Assembly (NCBI GenBank): GCA_965219095.1 | Contig: OZ244719.1 | Coordinates: 320,001 to 384,000, forward strand | Length of the DNA stretch: 64,000 bases | From: Bdellovibrionales bacterium | GTDB taxonomy: Bacteria > Bdellovibrionota > Bdellovibrionia > Bdellovibrionales > UBA1609 | Direction of reading: 5' to 3' | Notes under the pieces: model-generated | What the model was told of the DNA's origin: nothing | The model's input: the letters and a program-made list of their open reading frames with translations, nothing else | Databases searched by the model: none | Shown here: positions 1 to 9,945 of the stretch, piece by piece | Layout: the number at the start of each line of letters is the position of its first letter | How positions within the stretch are numbered: position 1 is the stretch's first letter | Position numbers and translations under genes: made by a program

Positions 1-357
1 CCAATCTGTTTCTGGGAACTTAGAGGGCTTGATAATCCACTCGGATCAAGGGGTTCAATATTGTTGTGAAGGGTTTAGAAAAGAATTGAAATTCTTTGGC
101 CTCAAGCAATCTATGTCTAGGAAAGGAAATTGTTATGATAATGCGTTTGTGGAGAGCTTTTTCCATACGTTGAAAGATGAACTGGAATACAAAGACTGTA
201 CAACAAAGGAAGAGTTGGAGAAAAAAATTGCAATTTACATGGATTGGTATAACAAGGTAAGAATGCATTCTTCCTTGAAATACATGAGCCCAAAAGAATT
301 TAAACAAAGGAGGGCTTTAAGAACATAAAAACTGTCCACTTTTTTGGGGGAAGATCA
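1..357 (+). mobile_element. IS3-family element, right part (OrfB C-terminus 29..328 and right IR); cut by the window edge
   Basis: HSDQG/SRKGNCYDNA/ESFF integrase-core motifs; ends ctgtccacttttttgggggaagatca like the other copies. Confidence 0.95.
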
Positions 358-379
358 GTACCGTCTGAAGGCAAGCAAA

Positions 380-1779
380 TATGATCTCTTTTTCTCCCAC
401 TTTGCTTGCCTTCAGACGGTACTTGTAAAGATGATGCGTCTTTCTAACATAGCTTCTTACATGAACATCAACCTCTCTTGACACGTCTTGAATCTTTAAT
501 TCCTCCCACTCACTGTCCTTAGGATAACCATACTGCTGTGCTATATCAGAAAGTTCTTCGTCTGTGAGCTTATGATCTACTCTTATCTCTTTTAGGGCCT
601 TCACCTCCCCTTCTTTAGGAGCAGGAACTAAACTCTCAGATTCAAGAAGAATTGTCTTTTTAAGCTTCTTTCTACTACGAGAAGATAGTTTTCTTTTTTC
701 ACTGGATTTTCCAAATACTATTTTCTTGAACTTACTAAGTAGCTCATCATTAAAAAGCTTTAATTGATCTTCTTTGGCCTTTTTCTTCTTAAGCTCATTT
801 AACTCTCTTTTTAAAAGATTATTTTCTTTTTTATAAAGGTGAATGAATTCATTGAAAATCAACTTTACATTTCCCAGATCTTTTTCCTCTCGAACAAACG
901 AAGGAAGATGTTTGTATTCAGGGTTTTCGCTTTTTTTTAAATAAGGAAAAAGACTCATCTGCATACATTAATGTCAACATGTCTGTTTTTGTTTTGCAAG
1001 CTTTTTTTTAAAAAAAAATAAAAAAAAATTAAAAAAATAATCTAAAAAAATTATCTTTTCTTAAGCTCGTACTTTCTTAAAATTGAACCATGAACTAAAA
1101 GATTCAATTCACTCCTTGTTAACTCGGGAGAACTTAAATCACTTAAACTCATAAACCTTTCTTTCTCCATCCTCTTTGTTAGTAAAACAAGACCACTCCC
1201 ATCATAGAACAGCCCTTTTTATCTCCTTCTATTAAAACCTAGAAAGAGATAAAGATCTCCCAAGTTGATCTCTCCTTTCATCTCACTTCTTACCAGATAA
1301 CTTAACCTCTCAAAACTCCATCGCATGTCTATCTTTTGAGAGCAGACAAAAATACGGTAGCCTTCAGATAAAAAGATCATAAACTCCTCACTAACTCTAA
1401 AACCTCTTCCCAATCTAGACCCTTTAAGACTAAGACCTTCTCTTTCATCACATGACTTTTCCTTTTTCAAAGAGACAGCCTTAAAAAGGGACTTCTTGTG
1501 AGAAACTGTTGAAACATAAGACTTCTTCCAGTTATTGATCGTGGAAGAGGTGACCTTTGTCTCTTTACAAAATTTAGAAACCTTTCCTCTTTCAAAAAAT
1601 CTAGAATCTCTCTCTTAAGAGCTTCTGGGTAGCGGATAAGCTTCTTGTTGGAATTCTCCTCTCGACAAAGCTGTATCTTCTTTTTTAAATTAATCCCTTC
1701 TTCCATAAAATCCCTCCTCTTAAGAAAAACTTATAAGAGAAATTTAATCTTGGATAGGGCGGTCATATAACCGAGTTAC
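380..1779 (-). mobile_element. IS66-family element, truncated and degraded (tnpA 1467..1706 frameshifted, tnpB with premature stop, tnpC N-terminus to 964)
   Basis: Left end GTAACTCGGTTAT at 1779; near-identical to the copy at 60592; TnpB motif IDMRWSFERL..GDLYLF. Confidence 0.9.
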
Positions 1780-1885
1780 ATTACAGCAGCTGACCTTCTC
1801 AATGATAGAGTGTTCCTTTTTTTTGAAGACCATGATGTGCCCCTGCTTCGTATGTTAACAGATAGGGGTACAGAGTTCTGTGGAT
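1780..1885 (+). pseudogene. IS481-family transposase internal fragment
   Basis: Reads TAADLLNDRVFLFFEDHDVPLLRMLTDRGTEFCG, a typical IS481 integrase-core segment. Confidence 0.75.
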
Positions 1886-3202
1886 CTGGAATTTTAATTT
1901 TTTCTATGTTTAAGATTCATTTTCTTTTAATTTTAGCTATCCTTTTTTCTGTATATTGTCAATACAAGAGGCATTATGTTTTGCCATGAGGATTTTTTTT
2001 GGTTATTTTTTTTATGAAAGAAAAAACTAACCAAGGAGGGGTTATGAAAAGAAGAGTTAAAAAGAAAAGAGTCGAGATTCGATTAAAGAAGAAAGATGTA
2101 GAAGAGTTAAGTCATTTTGTAAAAAGAGCAAAAGCCAAAGCGAGAGAAATCATGAGGGCCCATGTTTTACTTTTAAGCCACAAGGGTCGTTCTCCCACCG
2201 AGATATCAGAGTTTTTAGACACGACTTTAAGAACAGTTCAAAACATAAAGGAGCGTTATAATTCAGGAGGAATCAAGAGAGCTCTTTATGATGCTCCTCG
2301 TCCTGGTCAGCCCAGAATTTTTAATGGGAAAGCCAGGGCTCATATAACAGCTTTAGCCTGTAGTAAGCCTGATGAAGGGTCTGGGGTTTGGAGTTTAAGG
2401 TTGTTGGCAGATAGGGCCGTGGAATTAGGTTATGTTGATAGTATTTCTCATACACAAGTTAGAAAGATTTTAAAAAAAAAAATGAGCTCAGGCCCCATTT
2501 AAAACGTCAGTGGTGTCTGGGGAAACTTGATTCTAATTTTATTTGGCAGATGGAGAGGGTTTTAGATACTTATGAGAGAAAATACGATTTAAAAAATCCG
2601 GTTCTATGTTTTGATGAAAGGCCTTGTCAGTTGATTGATGATGTTTTGATTCCGGTTCCTGTAAGTCCTGGAAAAGAAAAAAGAGAGGATTATCATTATA
2701 AAAGAGAGGGGGTGTAGCTTTATTGGCCGTTGAGCCTTTGACAGGAAAGAGGATTGTGGAGGTGAGTCGTAGAAAGACGAAAGTAGATTATGCAAGGTTT
2801 ATGAAAAAGGTGGCTGCAAAGTATAAAGGTTGTGAAAAGATCACATTGATACAAGATAATTTGAACACTCATAATCCCTCTTCATTTTATGAAAATATGA
2901 AAGCAGAGAGTGCTTTTGATTTAACAAATTGCTTTAAGATGATTTACACACCGAAGAAGGCGAGTTGGTTAAATATGGCAGAGATTGAGTTCTCAGCCCT
3001 TTCAAAGCAATGTTTAAATCGTCGTATAGGAAAATTCTCTAAGATGGAAAAAGAGATCACAGCTTGAGCAAAAAATAGAAATAAAAAAAGGATAAAAATA
3101 AACTGGCAATTTACGAACACTAAAGAATTTACGAACACTAAAGCAAGAGAAAAATTTTCATCCTCATATAAGAATATGAAAAATTAAAATTCCAGTGTAC
3201 TA
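1886..3202 (+). mobile_element. IS630-family element (type c), degraded: HTH ORF 1999..2502 plus DDE part with in-frame stops
   Basis: IRs ctggaattttaatttt / aaaattaaaattccagtgtacta; QDNLNTH and TPKKASWLNMAEIE motifs; A-run at the ORF junction. Confidence 0.9.
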
Positions 3203-3287
3203 TAGTGTAACCTTAAGTTCTACCTTATTCTTAAAAACTTTTTTTTATGCTTTAAATCAGTTTATTTCTATGCTATAAATATAAAAT

Positions 3288-4592
3288 ATGACTTTAAGAG
3301 CCGTCTTATTAACTTTCTTTATAGGATTTTTTTCTCATCAGTTAAAAGCAAGCAGTTGTACTGTTGAGGGTTCCATAGAAGGGCCCATTACAGTCAGCAC
3401 TCATGAGTATGTAAAAAGAGTTTTCCAAGAACGTAAAAATAAAGATTGTTCTTCCATACTTTTCCTCATCAACACACCAGGGGGTGTCTTAAGTATTACT
3501 CATAAAATAGTGTCTTTAATTTTAAACTCTAAAAAACCAGTTTTATGTTTGATCTATCCAGCAGGTGCTCATGCTGCTAGTGCAGGAGCTGTGATTCATC
3601 AAGCTTGTCATTTAAACGGAGCTTTGAAAACCACTCGTCTAGGAGCTGCTACTCCTATCACAAGCTCTGGAAAAGATGTACCCAAGGATTTAAGGAAAAA
3701 AATTGTTAATGACATGATTAGCTGGCTTGAAGGTATAGCTAAGGTGAGAAAGAGAAATAAAAAGTTTGTAAAAGACATTATAAAAGAAGCTAAATCTATA
3801 ACGGCTGAAGAAGCTTTTAAAATTAAGGCTATTGATCATCTTTCAAGATCAAAAAAAGATTTTCTAGACTTCGCTGAGGGAAAGAAAGTTTTTATGTCTT
3901 TAAAAAGCCAGTATGAAATTGTGAGAACAGGACCTCTCAAAATTCTTAATTTGAATTTTAAAGAAAAATTTTTAGAATTCACTAGCCATCCCGCTGTGGC
4001 GGCCCTTATCACTATGGGAAGTTTATTTTTACTTTATGTTGAGATCACAAGTCCTGGTCTAGGAGTACCTGGTATTTTAGGGGCAGTAGGGCTTATTTTT
4101 TCTTTTGTAAACTTAGAGGTCCTAGGTGTAAGATGGGCTAGCATTTTACTTATGGTTTTAGGTGTGATTTTATTTGTTGCGGAGGCTTTCACTCCTACTT
4201 TTGGGATTTTTAGTCTTTTCGGAGGTTTTTGTTTTATTTTAGGAGGCCTCTGGTTTTTTGATCCTGAAAAGTCTGTAGGTGTATCCTTTCCTACAGAGAT
4301 TCTTTTTTCTATCAGTCTTTTATTTGTTTTAATTTCAATAGGTCTTGCTTTCTTAGTTTGGAGTTCTCGTAAAAATCGCCTGAAAAGAAACACAGTTTTT
4401 CAGATTTTAGAAAAAGAAGGAGAGGTGAAGTTGTTAAGCTCTCAGGATTCCTGTTCCGGCCAAGTAGAAATAGCAGGAGAGATTTGGAAGTTTCAATCTA
4501 AAAAACCTCTGGCTATGGGAGATAAGGTGAGAGTTATCAAAACATCCGAGAAAAACTCTCTTGTGTTAGAAGTTGAGAGAAAGAATTCTTGA
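3288..4592 (+). CDS. nfeD: NfeD family membrane-bound ClpP-class serine protease (long form)
   Basis: INTPGG, AASAG and LGAATP motifs, TM block, C-terminal OB domain (GEIW); next to an SPFH gene. Confidence 0.92.
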   Translation: MTLRAVLLTFFIGFFSHQLKASSCTVEGSIEGPITVSTHEYVKRVFQERKNKDCSSILFLINTPGGVLSITHKIVSLILNSKKPVLCLIYPAGAHAASAGAVIHQACHLNGALKTTRLGAATPITSSGKDVPKDLRKKIVNDMISWLEGIAKVRKRNKKFVKDIIKEAKSITAEEAFKIKAIDHLSRSKKDFLDFAEGKKVFMSLKSQYEIVRTGPLKILNLNFKEKFLEFTSHPAVAALITMGSLFLLYVEITSPGLGVPGILGAVGLIFSFVNLEVLGVRWASILLMVLGVILFVAEAFTPTFGIFSLFGGFCFILGGLWFFDPEKSVGVSFPTEILFSISLLFVLISIGLAFLVWSSRKNRLKRNTVFQILEKEGEVKLLSSQDSCSGQVEIAGEIWKFQSKKPLAMGDKVRVIKTSEKNSLVLEVERKNS

Positions 4593-4703
4593 GAATTTTA
4601 ACGCACTTAGCCTTTAAAATAAAAGATTTTATAATACGATTAGAGGTGTTTTGATTATGAAGTACAATTTTATTTTAATCACTAACAACAAAAGGAGCTA
4701 TTT

Positions 4704-5453
4704 ATGACATTATTTTATATTCTTACAGCCATTTTAGTTATGATTTTACTTTCGGCCATAAAGATTTTACCAGAATGGGACCGTGGTGTAATCTTACAAT
4801 TTGGACGTTATGTGGGCATGAGAGGCCCTGGTATTATCTTTTTAATTCCCTTTGTTGAAAGAATCATTCGTGTTGACACTCGTACAGTAACTATGGACAT
4901 TCAACCTCAAGATATTATCTCTAAAGATAATGTAAGCTTAAAAGTGAATGCTGTAATTTACTTTAGAGTTTTGGATCCATCTCAAGCCATCACAAAAGTA
5001 GAAGATTATTATTTTGCTACAAGCCAATTAGCTCAAACAACTTTGCGATCTGTTTTAGGTCAGTATGAAATGGATGATCTTTTAAGCAATAGAGATAAGA
5101 TCAATCATACCCTTCAGGAAATCTTGGATCGATCTACTGAGCCTTGGGGAATTAAAATCACTACGGTAGAAATGAAGCAAATTGATTTACCTTCCACTAT
5201 GCAGAGGGCTATGGCTCGTCAAGCAGAAGCTGAAAGAGAAAGAAGAGCGAAGGTGATTAGTGCTGAAGGAGAGCTAGAAAGAGCTTCTAAACTAGCAGAG
5301 GCTGCAAACAATATGTCATCCTCTTCAGCTTTGTTTTTAGCTTATTTACAGACACTTACAGAGATTAGTGGAGAATCCTCTAAGCTTCTTGTTATCCCCC
5401 TCCCTATGGACATGTTAGAGCCTTTTGTGAGATCAAAGTCAAATCTCAAGTAA
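4704..5453 (+). CDS. SPFH/Band7 stomatin-like protein
   Basis: [48 protein letters not shown]. Confidence 0.95.
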   Translation: MTLFYILTAILVMILLSAIKILPEWDRGVILQFGRYVGMRGPGIIFLIPFVERIIRVDTRTVTMDIQPQDIISKDNVSLKVNAVIYFRVLDPSQAITKVEDYYFATSQLAQTTLRSVLGQYEMDDLLSNRDKINHTLQEILDRSTEPWGIKITTVEMKQIDLPSTMQRAMARQAEAERERRAKVISAEGELERASKLAEAANNMSSSSALFLAYLQTLTEISGESSKLLVIPLPMDMLEPFVRSKSNLK

Positions 5454-5507
5454 ATGAACTTCCCCTGTTTTTGCGGACAGTCAATTTTCTCTTAAAGTCT
5501 CCATAAA

Positions 5508-5813
5508 ATGGAGGTAAAAGAAAGAATGGAAAAAGTAAAACAGTACTCGGAAGAGTTTAAAAAGCAAGCCATTGAATTGGCAGAGGAAATAGGTGCAAAG
5601 GAAGCCTCAGAGAAGCTAGGACTGAGAAATTTCCAAGTGATAAGCTCTTGGAAGCGTTTTCTAAAGCCTGAAGTAGAAAGACAAGCTTCCCATGACTTGG
5701 CTTCGGCATTGGAGGAAATAAAGAGGTTAAAAAAGGAGCTGGTCTATGAGAGGCGGAGTGTAGGTATATTGAAAGAGGCAGCGGCTTTTTTTTCAAAGGA
5801 AATCCTGAAATGA
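5508..5813 (+). CDS. IS3 transposase OrfA (HTH)
   Basis: YSEEFKKQAI HTH start and ILKEAAAFF end. Confidence 0.93.
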   Translation: MEVKERMEKVKQYSEEFKKQAIELAEEIGAKEASEKLGLRNFQVISSWKRFLKPEVERQASHDLASALEEIKRLKKELVYERRSVGILKEAAAFFSKEILK

Positions 5814-6676
5814 GATTTAAGGCTATGTTTTATGTAAAAGAGAAAGGGCATCCAGTGCTTCGCATCTGCGAATTATTAAGAGGATCTCGTTCTGGTTTTT
5901 ATAGTTTTTTAAAAACCAGGGGAAAGCTTGAAAAGGATAAAAATCTGGAGAAAAACATAGAATCTATTTTTAAAAAAAATAAAGGCTGTTATGGTTCCCC
6001 CAGGGTGTATAGGGAATTAAAGCGTTGCGGAGTGAGTGCTGGAGAAAACAAAGTAGCTCGAATTATGAAACTAAAGAATCTCAGTGCCCGTCAGAAAAAA
6101 CCCTATGTTCCTAGAACAACAAAGAATAACCCTCTCATGATTAAGTCTCCTCGGTTGTTTAAGACAGGACAGAGCCAAGCAGGAAAAGAAAACCAGGTAT
6201 GGTGTTCGGATTTAACCTATATTCCTTTTAGAGATAAATTTCTGTATTTGGTTGTATTTTTAGATGTCTATAATCGAGAGATTAAGTCTTGGAAGCTCTG
6301 TGAGAGCTTGGACGGGGTTCATTCAAAACAGGCTCTGAGAGCCGCAGTCCAATCTGTTTCTGGGAACTTAGAGGGCTTGATAATCCACTCGGATCAAGGG
6401 GTTCAATATTGTTGTGAAGGGTTTAGAAAAGAATTGAAATTCTTTGGCCTCAAGCAATCTATGTCTAGGAAAGGAAATTGTTATGATAATGCGTTTGTGG
6501 AGAGCTTTTTCCATACGTTGAAGGATGAACTGGAATACAAAGACTGTACAACGAAGGAAGAGTTGGAGAAAAAAATTGCAATTTACATGGATTGGTATAA
6601 CAAGGTAAGAATGCATTCTTCCTTGAAATACATGAGCCCAAAAGAATTTAAACAAAGGAGGGCTTTAAGAACATAA
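5810..6676 (+). CDS. IS3 transposase OrfB (DDE)
   Basis: YGSPR, WCSDLTY, HSDQG, DNAFVESFF. Confidence 0.95.
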   Translation: MRFKAMFYVKEKGHPVLRICELLRGSRSGFYSFLKTRGKLEKDKNLEKNIESIFKKNKGCYGSPRVYRELKRCGVSAGENKVARIMKLKNLSARQKKPYVPRTTKNNPLMIKSPRLFKTGQSQAGKENQVWCSDLTYIPFRDKFLYLVVFLDVYNREIKSWKLCESLDGVHSKQALRAAVQSVSGNLEGLIIHSDQGVQYCCEGFRKELKFFGLKQSMSRKGNCYDNAFVESFFHTLKDELEYKDCTTKEELEKKIAIYMDWYNKVRMHSSLKYMSPKEFKQRRALRT

Positions 6677-6767
6677 AAACTGTCCACTTTTTTGGGGGAA
6701 GATCAAAACGCTTAAAAGAGTAAGTTTCCCTTAAACGATGTGATATGATATGGAAAATTACTGTTAT

Positions 6768-6845
6768 GGTGACTGTAGTTCAGTTTGGTAGAGCCCCGGA
6801 TTGTGATTCCGGTTGTCGCGGGTTCAAGTCCCGTCAGTCACCCCA
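6768..6845 (+). tRNA. tRNA-His (GTG)
   Basis: Cloverleaf with G-1, anticodon loop ttGTGat, ggttcaagtcc T arm, encoded CCA. Confidence 0.96.
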
Positions 6846-6965
6846 ATAGGCGCTGTTGCACAATGCTCTCTGAAAGCAGTTCTATTTTCATGATTTTTTA
6901 CGTTTTTTTATAAGGGAGTACTAAGATATTAGGGCTAAAGACTTGTTATTGATCTGTCATATTTA

Positions 6966-7050
6966 TACCATTTCCAAAAATTAATTCGACATTCTTTTAA
7001 CGCATAGCGTCCTGGCTTTTTAATCAAACTCTGTTAAATTTTTAGAGTGT
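6966..7050 (+). mobile_element. Isolated left end of IS630 type a
   Basis: taccatttccaaaaattaattcgacattc..., same as the left ends at 48416 and 55898. Confidence 0.85.
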
Positions 7051-7065
7051 CTATCAAAAAGAAAA

Positions 7066-7190
7066 TATGGATGACCAGCCTTTTTTTGAAAATCTGGGAC
7101 TTAAAAACCCTGATTAGAAGAGTTAGACTCATCTAAGAAGTAAGCTCATAAAAAGGAGCTTACTATTAACAACAAAAAAGGAGGTCATCC
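7066..7190 (+). ncRNA. Candidate IS110 left-end structured RNA (bridge-RNA-like)
   Basis: Closing helix ggatgacc/ggtcatcc and hairpin agtaagctc/gagcttact directly upstream of an IS110-like gene start; second copy at about 27185-27309 (-). Confidence 0.5.
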
Positions 7191-7191
7191 A

Positions 7192-7425
7192 ATGAAAAAT
7201 ATAATGTATATCGGCCTAGACGTCGATGATAAAAGTTTCACAGCTAGCTTAGTCAAAGAGGGCTTAAGTGTAATAGTCGCAACTTAATCTGACAGTTACC
7301 CTTTCTGGGTTGATAAAAAACTGTCTGTCAGTTTTTTATCAACCCAGAAAGGGTAACTGTCAGATCATATAACGTCTATTACAGCTTAAGCGACGAGGTC
7401 ATAAGTATAAAGAGCCGTCCCAACT
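7192..7425 (+). pseudogene. IS110-family recombinase N-terminus, interrupted by a MITE and truncated by IS1634
   Basis: RBS aggagg; with 7269-7390 removed it reads MKNIMYIGLDVDDKSFTASLVKEGLSDEVISIKSRP (YIGLDV is the first DEDD aspartate motif). Confidence 0.75.
7269..7383. mobile_element. 115-bp hairpin MITE with IS481 ends
   Basis: Left 26 bp identical to the IS481 end at 44364; perfect 37-bp internal inverted repeat; flanked by gcttaag direct repeats. Confidence 0.85.
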
Positions 7426-8321
7426 CCTGACTTCGACACAACACACTGCAATAAATGAATAATTTCAAATAGTTACAATTTTTGGGGCCACAGGAAAGGG
7501 TTTTTTAAAGGTCAGCAGATTCAGCAGATGTTGTGGAAAAGAGGCTCATAGAGGAGTCTCTTTTAAGCGAAAAAGCACTGTAAATTTCTTCTACTTCCTT
7601 TGTACAACCTGAGGGAAGGCGATAAAGTTTTTTCGTCTTTTTTTCTTTTAAAATACTGTACTGATCTCTTTTTAAGATCTTTCTCATTCTTTCAAAGCTT
7701 AAATTAAGTCCTGCTTGTTTGAGTTTATAAACCATTGTGTAAGAGATCGCATAGGCTAAAAAACAAATGGCAATGTGAGTTTCTATTCTTCTTTTTTTTC
7801 AATGATAAACAGGTCTCATCTTTAATGTCGTCTTATTCACTCTAAAAGCCTCTTCTATTCTCCACAGACTTCTGTAACGACTTAAAAGCTCACTGGCTGT
7901 CTTGTTTTGAACACTTGTTATAATTCCGTGAAGACCGTCCCACAAAGCTTCCTTTTCCATTTTCTCTTCATCTATGCTCACTTTCACATTGTCAACTTTA
8001 ATAAAACGTTTGGCCCCATGATTGGAGATCAACTGACTCACAGGAATCTCCTTGTTTCTTACTTTCTTCATCAAACGATTGATCAAACGCTCTCTTTGAT
8101 TTTGATCTCTTTTGGCTCTTTTTTTCGAATAACTGACTATCAATCTTTTTCCTTCATGCTCTAGCTCTTTCACCCAAAAAAGATGAGACGTATCACAAGC
8201 CACTTGGGTGGGCTTATAGTTTTTATAACTTAAAACCTCTTCTTTTTTCTTGCTAGAAAGGGATTTTAACTTTGCAGCCACAACATACTCTATCCCCATC
8301 TTATCCATAGTCTCTAAATTC
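7426..8321 (-). pseudogene. IS1634-family transposase 3' half with internal stop (ORFs 7799..8308 and 7505..7735)
   Basis: YRSLWRIEEAFR..LKMRPVYH motif; terminal cctgacttcgacac. Confidence 0.9.
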
Positions 8322-8388
8322 GCCTCCTCAAAAGAATCTATGAGTAAAAACTAGACTCAACTCTCTGTGTGTGGATTTTGAAGTGCAA

Positions 8389-9945
8389 TCAGTATAGTTT
8401 CTTTACAGCCTGACTGACTTTCTTTGTGGATTCTTCTAGGGGTCTAATTTCGATCACTTTATAATGGTCAGTTTTATTCAGTCTTTCCACTCCATTCCAG
8501 AGCATGTAGGGAGCTTTCCAAAACCCAGTCCATGAATCAAAGTGTATGTTATGTCGAGTTTGAAAAGCTAGATTTTTATAAAGTTCACTAAAAATCTTAC
8601 CTCCAAAATTGTTCCAGATCACAAGATAGTAAGAACTCTCAGGAACAAATTGTTTGGCCCAAAGACCACTAAGATCATAAAGAGTGCTTAAATCACCTAA
8701 AAGAGCCCATGTTTTTTGTTCTTTTGAACAAAGCCCAAGGCTTGTAGATATGAGCCCATCAATACCGTTGACACCTCTTTGTGAAACAACACAGGAAACT
8801 TTGTAATGGTTTTGAGAAAATTCATCCCAGTAGCGCAGAGGAAGGCTGTTTCCTAAGAACACCTGGTCTTCTTTTCCTATGTTTTCTGACAAAGTTCTCA
8901 TGAGGGCTTGTTCTGAGAAAGGATGAGATTCTAGAATTTTTAGTTTTTCCTCATAAAGGAAGTCATCTTTTTTACGAAGTTGTTCAGAAAAACAAGTTTC
9001 TTTCAAAAACAAGTTCTTTTTTTTAAAAAACTCTTCAAAAGAAACAGGCTGTTTTTCCATAAAATCAAGACCCGAAAAAGGCTTATGACTGATGTTGAGA
9101 ACGTTTTTATTTTTTAAAGTCCTCCAAAACTTTAAAAAAGGAATAGAACCTATTCTTAAAACACTTTTAAAAGGAATTTGATTTATAAACTGTTCTCCTG
9201 AGGTAATGAGGTAGGGTTTGAGTTTATGAGATTCTCTTAAACCAGAGTGAGCCTCAGCATAAATGAATGTCTTTAGCTGAAAAAGAAAATTTTCTATATC
9301 TTTTTGGAACTTCAAGGGAATTTCCCCTAAAAGAACAAGGGGGTTTTTAAGAGCTTTTACTTTTTGATGGGATTTTCTAAAGTAAGAAGGAGCTTGAGAG
9401 GTCTTGAAAAAAGAACGTGAAAGATTCTTTGAAACTTCTAAGTTTTTAGTAAGAGATTTTAAATCATCTAAAAGGGGTTCTTCAAAACTTACGTTGATAT
9501 GAAGAGGATAAGAGAAACAAGAGGGAATTTTCAGTTTCTTGAAAGGCTCTAAATCGTAATTTTTTAATGTATAAGGAGAGAACATATTTTTTTGTTCTAT
9601 AGTTTGAGGGCAAGCTTTTTTTCTGAACCTATGAGGACGATCAGCTGAAAGTACAATAAGGGGGAGTTGAGAGTAACAAGCTTCAGTTACAGAAGATAAA
9701 AGATTGCTCACAGCTGTACCAGAGGTCGTCACAACACACACAGGACGTTTTGTTTTTTTGATTCGACCGATCGCAAAAAATCCAGACGAACGTTCTTCAA
9801 AAAAAAAGTAAACTTTAAGCTTCTTTTGGCGAGATAAAATTTCCACAAAAGGAGCATTCCTCGAACCAGACCCTACACAAAACTCTAAGACTCCCTTTTC
9901 CACAAGTTCTTTTATAAGGGAAAAAGCCCATTCTACTTGACTCAC
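8389..9945 (-). CDS. menD: SEPHCHC synthase (menaquinone biosynthesis)
   Basis: GSRNAP, EERSSGFFAIG, TTSGTA, ADRP, RGVNGIDG, GDLS..YDL, NNFGG ThDP motifs. Confidence 0.95.
   Translation of the reverse strand: MSQVEWAFSLIKELVEKGVLEFCVGSGSRNAPFVEILSRQKKLKVYFFFEERSSGFFAIGRIKKTKRPVCVVTTSGTAVSNLLSSVTEACYSQLPLIVLSADRPHRFRKKACPQTIEQKNMFSPYTLKNYDLEPFKKLKIPSCFSYPLHINVSFEEPLLDDLKSLTKNLEVSKNLSRSFFKTSQAPSYFRKSHQKVKALKNPLVLLGEIPLKFQKDIENFLFQLKTFIYAEAHSGLRESHKLKPYLITSGEQFINQIPFKSVLRIGSIPFLKFWRTLKNKNVLNISHKPFSGLDFMEKQPVSFEEFFKKKNLFLKETCFSEQLRKKDDFLYEEKLKILESHPFSEQALMRTLSENIGKEDQVFLGNSLPLRYWDEFSQNHYKVSCVVSQRGVNGIDGLISTSLGLCSKEQKTWALLGDLSTLYDLSGLWAKQFVPESSYYLVIWNNFGGKIFSELYKNLAFQTRHNIHFDSWTGFWKAPYMLWNGVERLNKTDHYKVIEIRPLEESTKKVSQAVKKLY

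Larger units (their letters stand above)
5455..6705 (+). mobile_element. IS3-family element, full length (1251 bp)
   Basis: TG...CA ends with imperfect IRs, 3-bp AAA flanking repeat, orfA/orfB overlapping at ATGA. Confidence 0.97.

Noticed and set aside
20..307. Recurrent 95-aa and 79-aa antisense ORFs in IS3 copies
   Set aside because: Shadow frames conserved only because the IS copies are near-identical
3108..3143. 18-bp tandem duplication
   Set aside because: Slippage inside an already dead IS630 gene
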